In this document: positions 28,301 to 40,579 of the stretch, piece after piece
Layout: the number at the start of each line of letters is the position of its first letter
How positions within the stretch are numbered: position 1 is the first letter of the stretch
Source: Rhizophagus irregularis
Lineage: Eukaryota
DNA length: 64,000 nt
NCBI RefSeq assembly: GCF_026210795.1
Contig: NC_089435.1
Location: forward strand, 1,550,001 to 1,614,000
Direction: 5' to 3'
Notes under the pieces: generated by a model
What the model was told of the DNA's origin: nothing
What the model saw: the letters and a program-made list of their open reading frames with translations, nothing else
Database searches by the model: none
Program-made: the position numbers and the translations under genes

Positions 28301-29216
28301 ATATTATTATAATTATTTTAAATAAAAATTTCAGTTAACTTAAATTTATAAGTATTATATAAATATGTAATGGAAAATAACTTACTCTCTGCATTGTTAA
28401 GGAATTTTTTAAATAAAGAATTTAATTAGTCTAAATTATATATAAATATTATATAAATATGTAATAATAGATTAAATAAATAATTTACCGCCTATATTAA
28501 TAGATAATTTTAAATAATAAATTTAATTAGTTTAGATTATATAAAATATCATGAAATAAATTAGCTCATACTTACGAACTAAAATAAATCATCAATAATT
28601 TATTAAGAAAAGTATTTTAGTTAGTTAATTTATATTACCGTATATGCAAATGCATGTAATAATAGAATTTAATAAATAACTTAGAACTTACCGACTAAAA
28701 AAAATTGCCAAATAATTTTTTAAAATAAAGAATTTATTTTTGTTTAAATTACTGTACATAAGTAAGATAACATACGACTTACACCCTGTAATATTATTAA
28801 TTGTTAATTAGTTAAATATAAATATAATACAGATATATACTATAAATAAATAATATATATCTTACAATCTAATAATTTAAATAAAGAATTTATAATCAGC
28901 GTTAGTCGAGTTTTGTAAATTATCAAACAATAAATATAATATTATTAAGTAATGTAACTTGCCATCTGGAATATAATTAATTATTAAGTAGTTATTTAAA
29001 CAAAGAACTTCAGTTAGTTATTTGAAAATAATGTGAAATAAAGTACTAAAAGTTTAACTTACTAACTATAGTATTGTCGATCATTAAATGAATTATTTAG
29101 TTATATAGAATATGAAAAAATAAGTAATTTCATTATTATTCAATTTTAAGATAATCTATTGACTTACGAGCCAAATATTTAATGTGCCTTTTATCTTTAT
29201 CATCACTGTCAGCCAT
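19377..29216 (-). CDS. Predicted membrane-anchored tyrosine-kinase-like kinase (490 aa, 86 exons) with microexon-encoded N-terminus
   Basis: Exon 1 29216-29168 (MADSDDKDKRHIKYLA+C); 81 3-nt exons (29065 down to 20905); 1-nt exon 20817; exons 20723-20507, 20417-19478, 19399-19377. Total 1473 nt = 491 codons with no internal stop. Kinase motifs DKGGFSIIY, VVLK, HCDFHDGN, DLG, APE. The kinase part is high confidence; the microexon chain is my manual reading. Confidence 0.85.
24139..24280. mobile_element. Small MITE inside an intron of the microexon array
   Basis: Imperfect TIR TGGTATTAGGACATTT / AAATATCCCATAACCA; 8-bp TSD TAAATGTT (24131-24138, 24281-24288). Confidence 0.7.
27786..28076. mobile_element. 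Tc1/mariner-type MITE in an array intron, with a nested GGGCGTCTAAAG-TIR mini-element (about 27807-27898)
   Basis: TIR CACGGGATGTTCAAGCA / TGCTTGAAGTACCCGTG flanked by TA. Inner inverted repeat CGTCTAAAGCGGAG / CTCCGCTTTAGACG. Confidence 0.8.
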
Positions 29217-31690
29217 TACTATATAATTATATCAAATGAAAAAGATAATGTATATATATATATTTTTTTTTTATTTACGTGGGTATATATTTATGCAAAA
29301 ATGCATTATGTCGATCAAAAGATGCATACAATGAGCATTTGCAATAAGATCACGTGACTAAACATGGACGTGTTGATTGGAGAGATCACGTTGTTTATAT
29401 TTATCTCATCGACTGAGTTTTTTTGAATGATATGATGCCTATTCGTCACAACCTATAAGTGTATGCAAATTGTTAAACTTTGCATGCCCTAAAAATATAA
29501 CTTCTAAACTTAATTTAGCAAGTTTGCTTAGGTGATGAAGTTAGTTTTAAATTTTATTTTTGACTTATTTGGTTTTTTCGTTAAAACCATATTAAAATGA
29601 TCAGCAAAGACGATATTATTAGTTTTCTATACTTGTTTAATAATCAAAACCAAACCAAACTTTAGAGCAGTTAATAATACATCCAGTTTAGGATTATAAA
29701 GCTTTATTTTTATATTTTAAAGGAAAATTTTAATTTAATTTTCCTGAAAAGTGCTACACTACAAGAATCTGATGATACACATTCGGACATTTTCACACAA
29801 ACGACACTAGAAAGAAATTATAAATTGTTTAGTAAAGAAAGAATTTCTAAAAAGAAAGGCACTTTAGAATTTTCTTTTTAAAAATTAAGCCACTTAAAAA
29901 TATTTGAAACAGAGTTGATTATAAAAAAGTCCACCTGATTATGGGCTATATATCTTTCTTGTATTGTTAGTATCTTTCTGAAAAACATTATCGTGTAGTT
30001 AGCCGCGAAACATAACTGCATTATTTCTGGTTGGTTGATCATCTGCACCTAGTTTAATCGCAAAAATTTAAACATTTATAATACGGCAAAAAAAAATTTA
30101 AGGTTCACCCCATTTTTATTCAGTTAATTTTGTCATTTTGCCAAGAGTTCTTTTAGGTTGAATAGATTAAGGGACTTCGGGTTAGAGAATGTCAAAACGC
30201 CAACATATCCTAGTTTAAAATAAAATGTATCACAGGATTAAAAAACCATTGATTCAAAAGTATTTTTTGTTAAATAGCGTAAAAGTTTTCTTAATTGCTT
30301 GCATATTATTAGATCACTATTCAAATACTAGATTTCGCATTTTATGTACTATTTTAATCATTTTAATTATTTTAGTCTTTAAATGAAGTTTCTCTTTTAA
30401 TTTTTTGAATAAATGTATGAATATGTAATAATCAATTAAAACTCGATGATAATTATGGAAATGAATTATATTACAATATATACTTATGACTCGTGTTCGA
30501 TTTAATAATTGTTATGAAAAGATCCTGCGGTAAATGTCCTATAATATTATTAATCGAAGGTTGATGAGATTTTAGATCAAACTGTCTTTCATGACGCAGC
30601 AAAATTTTGAGACCTAGAAATCCTACTGTTGATGTAAATTTCTCTAGTATTTCACAAATAAGCATATTTCATTTAAACCTTAAACTCAATAATCAATATA
30701 TGTTACTTTGAATTTGCTTTCATTTATTTTATGTATTACATAAAAATAAAATTCACCCTTTGCACAAAAATATTATCATATATTTATTCGTATGCTTATT
30801 TATTGACCTCATTTGAAGCACTGATATCTCGCGAAATACTTTTGCAGGTGTACATATTCTTACGTTTGAAGAATCAAAATCTCGTCCAACCATAGGAAAA
30901 TAGCATATATCTACGCGTAATTTATCATCATTCCATGTTTCCTTTCATCATATTTGGATCAATAATATGGTTACTTTCAAAATATTCAATTGCTAATTTT
31001 GGTTCCTGAATATTTGGATGAAATCAAAGTAATTTATAAATAATATCTCGAATTAGTTTTGGTGCCATTGCATCAACTTGTTCTTTTCTATTAATATCGT
31101 TGATTTCACATTGAAAAAACCAATTTTTTTTACTAATTGTAAAAATTTAATTAGATCGTTAATTCAGTCAAGGCTAAATTCAGTCTTCATTAAGATTCAC
31201 ATGACTGCACTAAAAATTGATATGACTGAACTCAGAAAGATCGTTGGACCAGACTCCGCAAAGATATACTCATAACAAAAGATGTTATAATTGTCTGTTT
31301 GCGTAAAATGGATTATGTAGTTCTTGCCTTTTTTGGATAATTCCGGTCAAATTTATGTTACCTTTTTATATACTGTTTGACATTATCTTAGTTCTGGCCC
31401 TGAAGAAATGCGTACAATCCATTAAATGATAGGCTAGAGCAAACATGGAACATTATACAACATTACACAACATGATATTTATCCTTTTTAGATCTGGTTC
31501 TGCAATACAGTTACTTATAGTTAACTAAATATAGATGCAAAAACCATTTGATATAATATTAATTGTTATTTCTCAAATATAATTTTCATAACTAAGGAAA
31601 ATCACCTCATAAATTTTTATTTGAAATATGAAATAAAAATTTATACTTTTTCAAAATAAAATGTGATGCGCTTTTATAATACAGTATATT

Positions 31691-31820
31691 AGTCCGAAGT
31701 GTAACGAAGGACTATATGCTATTCGTATCAGTTTCACAAATGTCCTGTTGTCTGTCCAGCACGTGATGATGTGCAATGATTACTGCGCTTCGGACTTTTC
31801 CGTTTCGCTTGGGTAGTACA
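31691..31820. mobile_element. Short Helentron/DINE-like element
   Basis: Inverted repeat AGTCCGAAG (31691-31699) / CTTCGGACT (31788-31796). Shares CGAAGGAC.ATATG, TCTGTCC.CACGTGAT and CCGTTTC blocks with 1530-1678. Confidence 0.45.
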
Positions 31821-31963
31821 TTTTTTGATTTTACAGTATGTAACGTTCATTAGGTTATACGACTAACTTGATAAGTCAAGGGCTATGATGTTATGACTTC
31901 CGATTTTTTTCCTTTTGTTTTCTTTCTTTTTTTTTTGTTTCAAGATCTTAATAAGGTTCAAGC

Positions 31964-34089
31964 ATGACTGATATTCGTAAAGCTAATGCTGCAATTAAAA
32001 GAGCATATACCTTAATAGATTTTAGTATTTACAATGATGTACATAAACAATATGAATTTAAAAGACAAGCAATTCTTGTTGATGATTCACTTATAGAAAA
32101 TGAAAAATCTGAAGCAATAAGAATTTTGACTGCAAATTATGATGAAAGCAAAATTATTTATAATGAAGGAATAAAAAGAATTTGTAAAAATTGTAACAAA
32201 GAATGTTTGGCCACATTATATTGTGAATATTGCGTTCGAAATTATTTAATAGCAAATTTTTCAAATTGGACATCTGGAAATGATAATATTGATAATTTAA
32301 TACAAGATAGTCAGATGAAAGCAATAAGCCCAAATCTAATACCAGAATGGATCCCATACAATAATCTTCAAAATATTGAATATCTAACAAAAGGTGGATG
32401 CTCTGAAATTTATATAGCAGAATGGGTTAATGGAAGTTATGATGAATGGGATTTTAAAGAACAACGATTAAAAAGATATGGTGAACATTTAGTAGTACTT
32501 AAAAGACTAGAAAATATCGAAAATGCAAATCAAAGTTGGTTTGAAGAGGTTTGTAATATAGAAATATTTTAAAAAGTAATAACTGAACTTTGTGCCTAAA
32601 ATTTTAATATAATTTTTGTAGGCTAAATCACATTTAACTATAAGCAATAGATGTCCAGAAATTGTACAATGCTATGGATTAACACAAGATCCATCAAATG
32701 GAAGTTATATGCTTGTAATGAATAAGACAGATACAGATTTAAGAAAATATTTACAACAAAATCATAATCAACTTGCATGGAAGGAAAGAATTCAAATTGT
32801 TGCTGATATAATTCTAGCACTTTTACGAGTTCATAATGAGAATGCAATTCATAGAGATTTGCACTCCGGGAATATATTATTCATGGTATTTGATAGTAGA
32901 TCTTTTATTAGTGATCTTGGATTTTGTGGACCTGCAAATAAACCGTTAAAAAGTATATATGGAAATCTTCCTTATATAGCGCCTGAGGTTATTATTGGAA
33001 AAGAACAGACTTTTAAATCTGATATTTATAGTATTGCAATGCTTATGTGGGAAATTTCATCTGGACGACCACCATTTATTAATTATGAACATAATTACGA
33101 TCTTGCTATGAATATTGTTAATGGTATAAGACCAAAAATTATACCAGGAACTCCTTTAGAATATAAAGATTTAATGATACAATGTTGGGATGCTGATCCA
33201 TCAAAAAGGCCTGATATTATAACACTTCGCAGTAAAATAAGAGAAATCAATTATTTTTATCAGAGTAAATCAAACCAGTCAGAAGAAAATAATGTAAGTA
33301 GCCTGGAAAATTATACAAGTACAAGCAAGCTTTATCAATTTGGAACTTTTCCTGAACCAAGAAATGCAACAGAAGGTAATATCCCAGTTTTTACATTTTG
33401 GTCAATTATTTGAAGAGTATTGTTATTAATAATATTATTTTAATTAAAATAATAGAAGAACTAGAAGGTAATAAATTATTTTAAATTTTCTTAATTTAAA
33501 TGATTGTGATAATTAATTATTTTTTGAACTCTTAGCATTTTACAGTAAACCTTTTAACTCCTATATTCCTGATAACAGTAAGTATTTTAGATTAATATTA
33601 AATCTATTAACTTATTTAATTTGATACTGTTAGTTGATGATTTTGATAAATTAAATAATGATCAGAATAGAACATCAAGGATGAATAGTATATTTAAAGC
33701 TAATTTGTTCAATATAAATTTTATTAACTTTAAGAAGTAGTCAAATCAATAAGTAATAATGTTTATTAAATTATTTAGTAAATAGTAATAGATTATTCAA
33801 AATATTTAAAAAGAATTTTCAAGATGGTATATTATAGAGAAGAAATAATGCAACAACAAAGAAAGAATATTTATATTAATAGATTATTTAATGTCATTTT
33901 AATGATTGTTTTTATTCATTAATTCTAATTTATTATAATGTAGATGAGGATGAAGTATACAATAATCCTAACCTTCATTCAGAAGATCAAGATAAATTGG
34001 AAATCTCTGATAGTAAGGGAATTTATTTTATACTAATGTTGAAACTTTAAATAGCTATTAACCTTATTTTTTTAATGTATTTAGATTAA
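31964..34089 (+). CDS. Tyrosine-kinase-like protein kinase, paralog of 10131-12448
   Basis: Same domain layout and intron positions (WFEE|AKSHL; PRNATE|EE.E). Motifs HRDLHSGN, DLG, APE. The 3' small exons are less certain because some donors are degenerate. Confidence 0.85.
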
Positions 34090-34284
34090 GGTTGGTCACT
34101 GTAAGTAATATATTACGGCATTTTGGATTACAACTTGTATTACTACCTAATTTTCAGATTATGACTCAAAATTACAAAATTGCCGTATTAAAGTTGTAAT
34201 TATTCTTAATTTCAGCCAAGTCCATAATGCCGGGTCAATTTTTTCGCATTATATCACGTGACATTACACTAGTTTCCATAAAAG

Positions 34285-34690
34285 GGGTCATCTAAAGCCA
34301 GGTTCGATCATGTAACTTGTAAAATTTTATTTTTACAAATAAACTTATTTACCAATATATAAAACTTTTAAGTTACATATAGTATGTGTATTTTAGCCCG
34401 CTTTGCAAGTTTACTTAGTGCGCAACATGGGTTTTAAACACCGTTTTTGACTTATTTGAATTTTTCATTTTCATCATCTATTTTTAGATATGATCGGCAA
34501 AGATTATTCATTTATATGTAAAGTCAAAACCAGTGTTTAAAATACGCTTTCATTCACTAAGTAAACTTGTAAAGCAGGTCAAAATACACTTATTATATAA
34601 CTTTCATACTTACATTAATCCTAGTTCATAAAAAAATGGCTTATTTATAAAATGTCAAGTCACATGATCGAACCTGACTTTAGACGGCCC
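34285..34690. mobile_element. MULE-type MITE
   Basis: TIR GGGTCATCTAAAGCCAGGTTCGATCATGT / ACATGATCGAACCTGACTTTAGACGGCCC; exact 9-bp TSD CCATAAAAG (34276-34284, 34691-34699). Confidence 0.88.
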
Positions 34691-34810
34691 CCATAAAAGG
34701 CAATTTTGTATTCCAATGAAATCTGGAATGAGTTATATAAGTTATACTAATTTCCAAAAAAGGGCATCTAAAGCCGTGTGCAATCACGTGATCCATCTGA
34801 TTTTCTGGGT

Positions 34811-35186
34811 TAGAGATGGCAACGGTCACGGTCATTAACCGGTTATGACCGGTCATGACCATGACCGATATCGGTCGGTCAAAGACCTCTGACCGACCAT
34901 TTGACCGACCATTTGACTGACCGTTTAACTGATCCTGAAAATGTTTGCGAAATGTAATTTAATAAAAAAATATTTCGCAAACATTTTTTTAATTATTTTA
35001 ATAGAAAACGTTGCGAAAATGTTTTTTATTAAGTATTTCAAACGTTTTTTATTAAATTACGTTTTGCAAACATTTTCAGGATCGGTTAAACGGTCGGTTA
35101 ACTGGTCAGTCAAACCGGTCGGTCAAAGGTTCTTGACCGGTTATGACCGATTGATGACTGACCATGACCGACCGTTGCCATCCCTA
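34811..35186. mobile_element. hAT-type MITE
   Basis: TIR TAGAGATGGCAACGGTC / GACCGTTGCCATCCCTA; exact 8-bp TSD TTCTGGGT; TGACCG subterminal repeats. Confidence 0.9.
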
Positions 35187-35657
35187 TTCTGGGTGCTACA
35201 GTATCAGATGGAACGTGATATTTGTATTACTTGTAAATATACGCCTCTTTCATCTCTTTTTTTAAGGGGGAGTATACCATGTAGATCATTTTCATAATAA
35301 ACTATTTGGAACGATCATTACAAGGTAATACAAGATAAACGTGACTATGAAAAAAAAATCAAAATACGCCAAACCGCTTTCATATTTTTTGTGTAAACTC
35401 TCCAGAATTCACGCTTCACATACCATAAAATAAAGTCAACATTATTTTACTAAATAATATTTTGACATATATATAAAGTTTTTAGCGAACTGCCAATTTT
35501 CAAGTAAGAGCTGCCAATTTTCTAGTTTGTTCTAAGTAACCTTTATTAAAACTTTTATATCTTTGTTTAAACGACTTGTAAAAAGTGTTTTTATATTTGT
35601 TTAAAGCAAAAAACTTGATATTATGCTAACTTCTGAGTTTTTAAATTTTTTTAGAAC

Positions 35658-38600
35658 ATGTCATGGTTTGAGGTACTAAGAAAGACTAATGAAAAATATA
35701 TTAGTATTCAACGTACTGATAGAACGTGGCTTGTACGAGATGATACGAAATCACTTCAGATATTATCTTGTCACCACCACACTATATCCAAAAAAAATAA
35801 TGCATATCAACTTTGCGCCATCACATCAATGAAACCTGATCCTGGGCAAAAAAAATGTTGGATCCCCCTTGTTCCTGGCTATTGCATTATGTCTAAAGTT
35901 GGATTGCATTTTATGCGACTTTCCATTACCGAAAATAACAATAATTTACAATTTGAATGGATTGATTATGGTAATGATAGTACATTTATGGGAAATCCAG
36001 TTGCTAGTGGAGTAGATAGTGAATTTTTTCAATCTTTACGGAAATATGCTGAAACGCAAAGTGTTATTAAAGGCAAAATATCAATTCCAAATGTTCTTGG
36101 ATTAAACATTTATGAAAATGCAATATATCTTCGTAGTATAATTTCTCATTTACATGATGGAATCTTTTTATCATTAAAAGAAGCCTATAAAGCTAGTACC
36201 AAAATGAATAAATTTGTAAAATCCTTGAATAAACGTGCTCTTGAATTGGATGAAGAATTTTCTAATGGTAATGATCGTCCTAATAAAAAAGTCAAAAGTG
36301 GGTTGATCTTTTCGCCTTTTGGACACAAACTTACGCCTCAACAAAGTCAAGTACTTGTATTTAATTTTCACTCTATTCAAAGCAAATTTTATCAGGCTAA
36401 TAAACGTTTGAAGCGGGCACAGAGTAACATTGAAAAATTGAAAACATTGCCACCCCCATCTTGTAAACAAAAAGAAATTGAAGCACAAAAAAAATTGATT
36501 GATGAAAAAATTAAGCAATTAAAGGATGAGGAAAACCTTGGCAGTAGCATTATTTGCAGTACTGATTCATTTCTCTCTTTGATTTTGACACAGCAATGCT
36601 CTTGTGGAAACAATGATATTTTACAGAAAAAATGCAAAATATCTTCGGGTGGATTATCAGTTAAAGTAGTAATTAAATGTAAAAAATGCAAAGAAACTTT
36701 ATCTTTTCAAAATGAACCTCAAGATATGAATTATACAAAAGCATTTGCTGCTGCTACATTATGTGGTGGATTGAATCGTCAAGAATTTCAAAATTCAATG
36801 TTAACTCTTGGTATTACCAAATTACCTAGTAAGGCCATTTATCATAGATATCAAAAATCAATAAGCGAAGATATTGAAAATATTGCTTTAGAAAATGCTA
36901 AAAAAGCATTATATGCGTCAATTGAGGATGCTAAAAAAAATGGAAAAAATGCTTTAACAATTGGATTCGATGCATCATGGTCACATGTACGCAATGCAGC
37001 ACAAGCTAGTGGTGAATTCATATATCATGGAATTCCTGAAGGAAGATATTATTTTACTTTATTTAATTACATTTATTTAATAATTTAATTGACATTCTTA
37101 TTATATCCTACTAATAGGATATACTCGCAAACCAGTTGTTGGATTTTTTGTTGTAGAAAAAAGTCATGTTAAAAAAGATAAAAATGGAAACAAAACAATA
37201 ATGCATCAAGGAAACCATGAAGCTAGTTCTAAACAAATGGAACATGCAGTGCTTATTGGAATATTGGAGAAAGTGGTTCCTGTTTTAGAAGAAACTGGTA
37301 TGCTTTTAGATATTGTAGTAGATGGAGATTTTGATAGTAATAAAACTTTGCATGGAGTAAAATGTGTAAATCAAATATTTTCCGATCTTAAGCATTTAAC
37401 ATGCAATATCCGAAAAAAATTAAATGGTAATTATAATTAATTTATTATGCATATATTTCAAAAATAATTAATTTTACTTTTTTATAATAGCTAAAAAATG
37501 GGAGCACTATTCTCGTTATGAAGACGTAATATTACAATATTATAAAAAATGTATATTTGCTGTAGCTGCCCGAAAAGCATCTAATAATGAAGATTAACCA
37601 CCTACGACTGAATTGGTAAAACATTTGCAAATACATGGATTAACCAAACATTTATGTGATGATCATTCGGAATGTTGGCCAGAGGTATGTTGGATGACAC
37701 AAAATCCCGAATTAGTCCTTTCTGAACCAAATCTCTTGAATTGTACATCTGAAGAATGAGAAAAATTTTCTGCAATGCTTGGAGAAATTTTTCAATTAAA
37801 TATTGGACAAAGTCTTATAACAGATGCTAGGACATCTCAAAATGAAGCATTCAATAGACAAAAATTAAGTTTTGTTTCAAAATTAATCGATTATTGGAAA
37901 ACATATTCTGTACGATATACATGCTGCCCAAATTATTTTGGGATGCCATAATTATAATTTGGGATGCCATAATTCATTCGGTTTATATATAATTTACTAT
38001 GTAAAGTGCCAAAATAATTTGGGATGCCATAATTGAATTTGGGATTTTACTTATAATTACGGCAGTCCAAAATAATTTGGGTGGCATGTATACTGTACGA
38101 TATGCTTTAGCAGTTATTCATAATAATTCAGGCCTATTATTAATGTTACAAAATATACGTGCACAAAAGGGACTAACTGTATTTTCTGAAATTGATATAC
38201 TAAATATTGAGCATATTTCTGGTGGGCGTGAATCACAAAGGCAAAGAAATCAACAAGATCTACAAATAAAAAGTGCGGCTAAAGTAGCAAAAATTGCACA
38301 ACAGAAAAAAAATTTGGATACGTTTGACTTTGATCAGGTACGTATATAATTGAATTGACATTATTTCTAGTAGATTTAGAAGTTTAATAATAATATTTTT
38401 TTTAGAGTTTAGTTCCATATGGACAAAAAACACGTATTGCATTAGAATCTAAAACATTTTGTTCTTCTTTTACGGGTCTAATTTGTGAGTTACTTGACAT
38501 TTCAAACAAATGTATCAGTTGTCAATCTTTTCCTAAAGAGTTCCCTAATGGCTATTGCAAGATATGTAATTTTTGGAATTATTTGGGATTTACTCAAAGA

Positions 38601-40579
38601 ATACCCGAAATTAATGTTCAAATGGCAAATAATGAGCCAAATCAGCTATTAATTTCTAATAAAATTCCTGAATTGAATCAAATACTAAAACAAGTGTTTG
38701 GATTTTCAAGTTTTCGTGAAGGACAATATGAAGCTATATGCTCATTCTTAGGAGATAAAGATACTTTAGTTATATTGCGAACTGGAGGTGGTAAAACTTT
38801 ATGTTTTGCAATGGCTGTGCTTGCTTCTTCTCGTTTAACTGTTGTTTTTACTCCCTTAAAAGCATTAATTGACGATCATGTGGTAATATACATTTGATTT
38901 ATAACTTTTATTTTTGGTATTTACCAATATCTTCTATTCACAGAATAATCTTGTTCATATGGGAATTCCTGCTGCAGGACTTTATACATCTACAGGACAA
39001 TCTTTTGAATATTAGGAGCGCGTTTTTTCTGAACTATCTTTAGGAATTTTACCTATTTTATTTATAACACCAGAGAAATTGGAAAAAAATAGATCATTTT
39101 ATCGGCTACTTCAAAAAATATATAGAACACAAGGGATTCAATTCGTCATTGACGAAGCTCATTGTATACTTGATTATAATAATTTTAGGTAAGTCTGTAA
39201 GTTTTTTAGAAAATACTTATTGTTAGACAAAAAAAAAAAATAATATAATTTGAATATTAGGGATTCTTGGACACATTTAGGGAATCTTAAAAGAAATTTT
39301 CCAATGTCTCCAATCATGTTATTGACTGCTACGTGCACATCATCTGACGTTGAAGATATGTGACAAAATTTGAATATTTTGCCAGATAATTTTACTATAA
39401 TTCGTGGTTTATCATTAGCACGGCAAGAAATTGAAATTCAAATAGTAGCAAAATCTTCACGACAAAACTTATATTCTAGGATTCAAAATAATTTAGTTGG
39501 ATTAACTGGAAGATGCATTATTTATTGTTCAGGACCAAATTCTTGCCAAGAAATATTTAACAATTTGCATGGAAATCTTACATTTTCTCTTGGCTTGTAC
39601 CATGGTGAATTGGATGGAGAGCAACGTAAAATAGCAATCAAAAATTGGCAAATGGGTAAGATTCAAATTATGATAGCAACAAATAGTTTTGGTATGGGGA
39701 TCAATGCACCAGACGTATATCTAATAATTCATACAACTATACCTTTATCAATGAGTATGTATGCTTTTAATGCTTTTTGTATAATACATATATATTTATT
39801 TTATTTCTTTAATTTAGCAAATTTTATACAAGAAATCGGAAGAGCAGGGCGTGATGGAACGCCTTCAAAAAGTATTATATTTTATTCAAGAAATGATATA
39901 CGGACTTTGTTTTTAATAATTACACGAAAAGAAGAAAGGTATAAATATTATTTTCTATATATGTATGTAATTAATTTTATAAAATCTGACAATGTATTAG
40001 TTTACCACAAGAAAATGATGTAGAAAAAAGAGTAAGGCATTACGAAGGCCAGCAAAAATTTTTACAAATAGCACATTTTTGCGAAACAAAATATATTTGT
40101 CGACATTCATTGATTGCACAACATCTTTCGTGGTCAGATAATATTTCAAATAAAACATGCGGAGTATGTGATAATTGTATATCAAGTTTAGGTGATAAGC
40201 CTGTATGGAATGATTTTTCAGCTGATGTAATTAGGTTGTTAAAAATTGCAAAAGAAATTTTGATCTCTGGAAAAATACATGAAATGATATCGTTAGATAT
40301 TGCAGCAGTTTTTTGTAAATTAAAAAGAGCAAATGAATTGGGACTTTCAGAATTACCAGTTTATAATGAGCCTTTTGAACGTAAATTGAAAATAAAGATA
40401 ATACATTATTTGTCATAGACGAACTTTGCGCTAAAGGCTTTTTGGTTTTGAACTTTCAACTTCGAAAAACAGCAGCCTTAACTGGAAACTTTTCCTTCAA
40501 GTCAGTAATTATTGGACTAGGAGATAATGCCGAGGAAGAAGCAAAACACATTACATGGAAATATTGTTTTAAACAATAA
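35658..40579 (+). pseudogene. DDE transposase followed by RecQ helicase; intron-containing, disrupted
   Basis: Transposase motifs: Cys clusters, IGFDASWSH, VVDGDFDS, DLKH, SQNEAFN. RecQ motifs: FGFSSFREGQ, TGGGKT, TPLKAL, ITPEKL, IDEAHC, LLTAT, ATNSFGMGIN, QEIGRAGRDG, CGVCDNC. Several in-frame stops and a MITE insertion. Confidence 0.85.
37920..38088. mobile_element. Tc1/mariner-type MITE inserted in the Kolobok transposase
   Basis: TIR CATGCTGCCCAAATTATTTTGG / CCAAAATAATTTGGGTGGCATG with TA flanks. Confidence 0.8.

Larger units (their letters stand above)
20817..29167 (-). repeat. Tandem array of ~100-bp intron+3-nt-microexon units
   Basis: Recurrent + strand motif AACTTAC-NNN-CTATATTATT...TTAGTTAGTTTAAATT. 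On the minus strand this is branch point CTAAC ... TAG|NNN|GTAAGT. Confidence 0.92.

Noticed and set aside
20817..29167. CRISPR-like array or plain satellite DNA
   Set aside because: Eukaryotic context with no cas genes. The variable part is only 3 nt, and the conserved parts are splice signals that join in frame to a kinase.
30450..31300. Possible degraded gene
   Set aside because: Only short ORFs with no motif I can recognise; cannot support a call.
38583..40418. Host RecQ/Sgs1 gene
   Set aside because: Enclosed by transposon TIRs downstream of a transposase and carries several stops.
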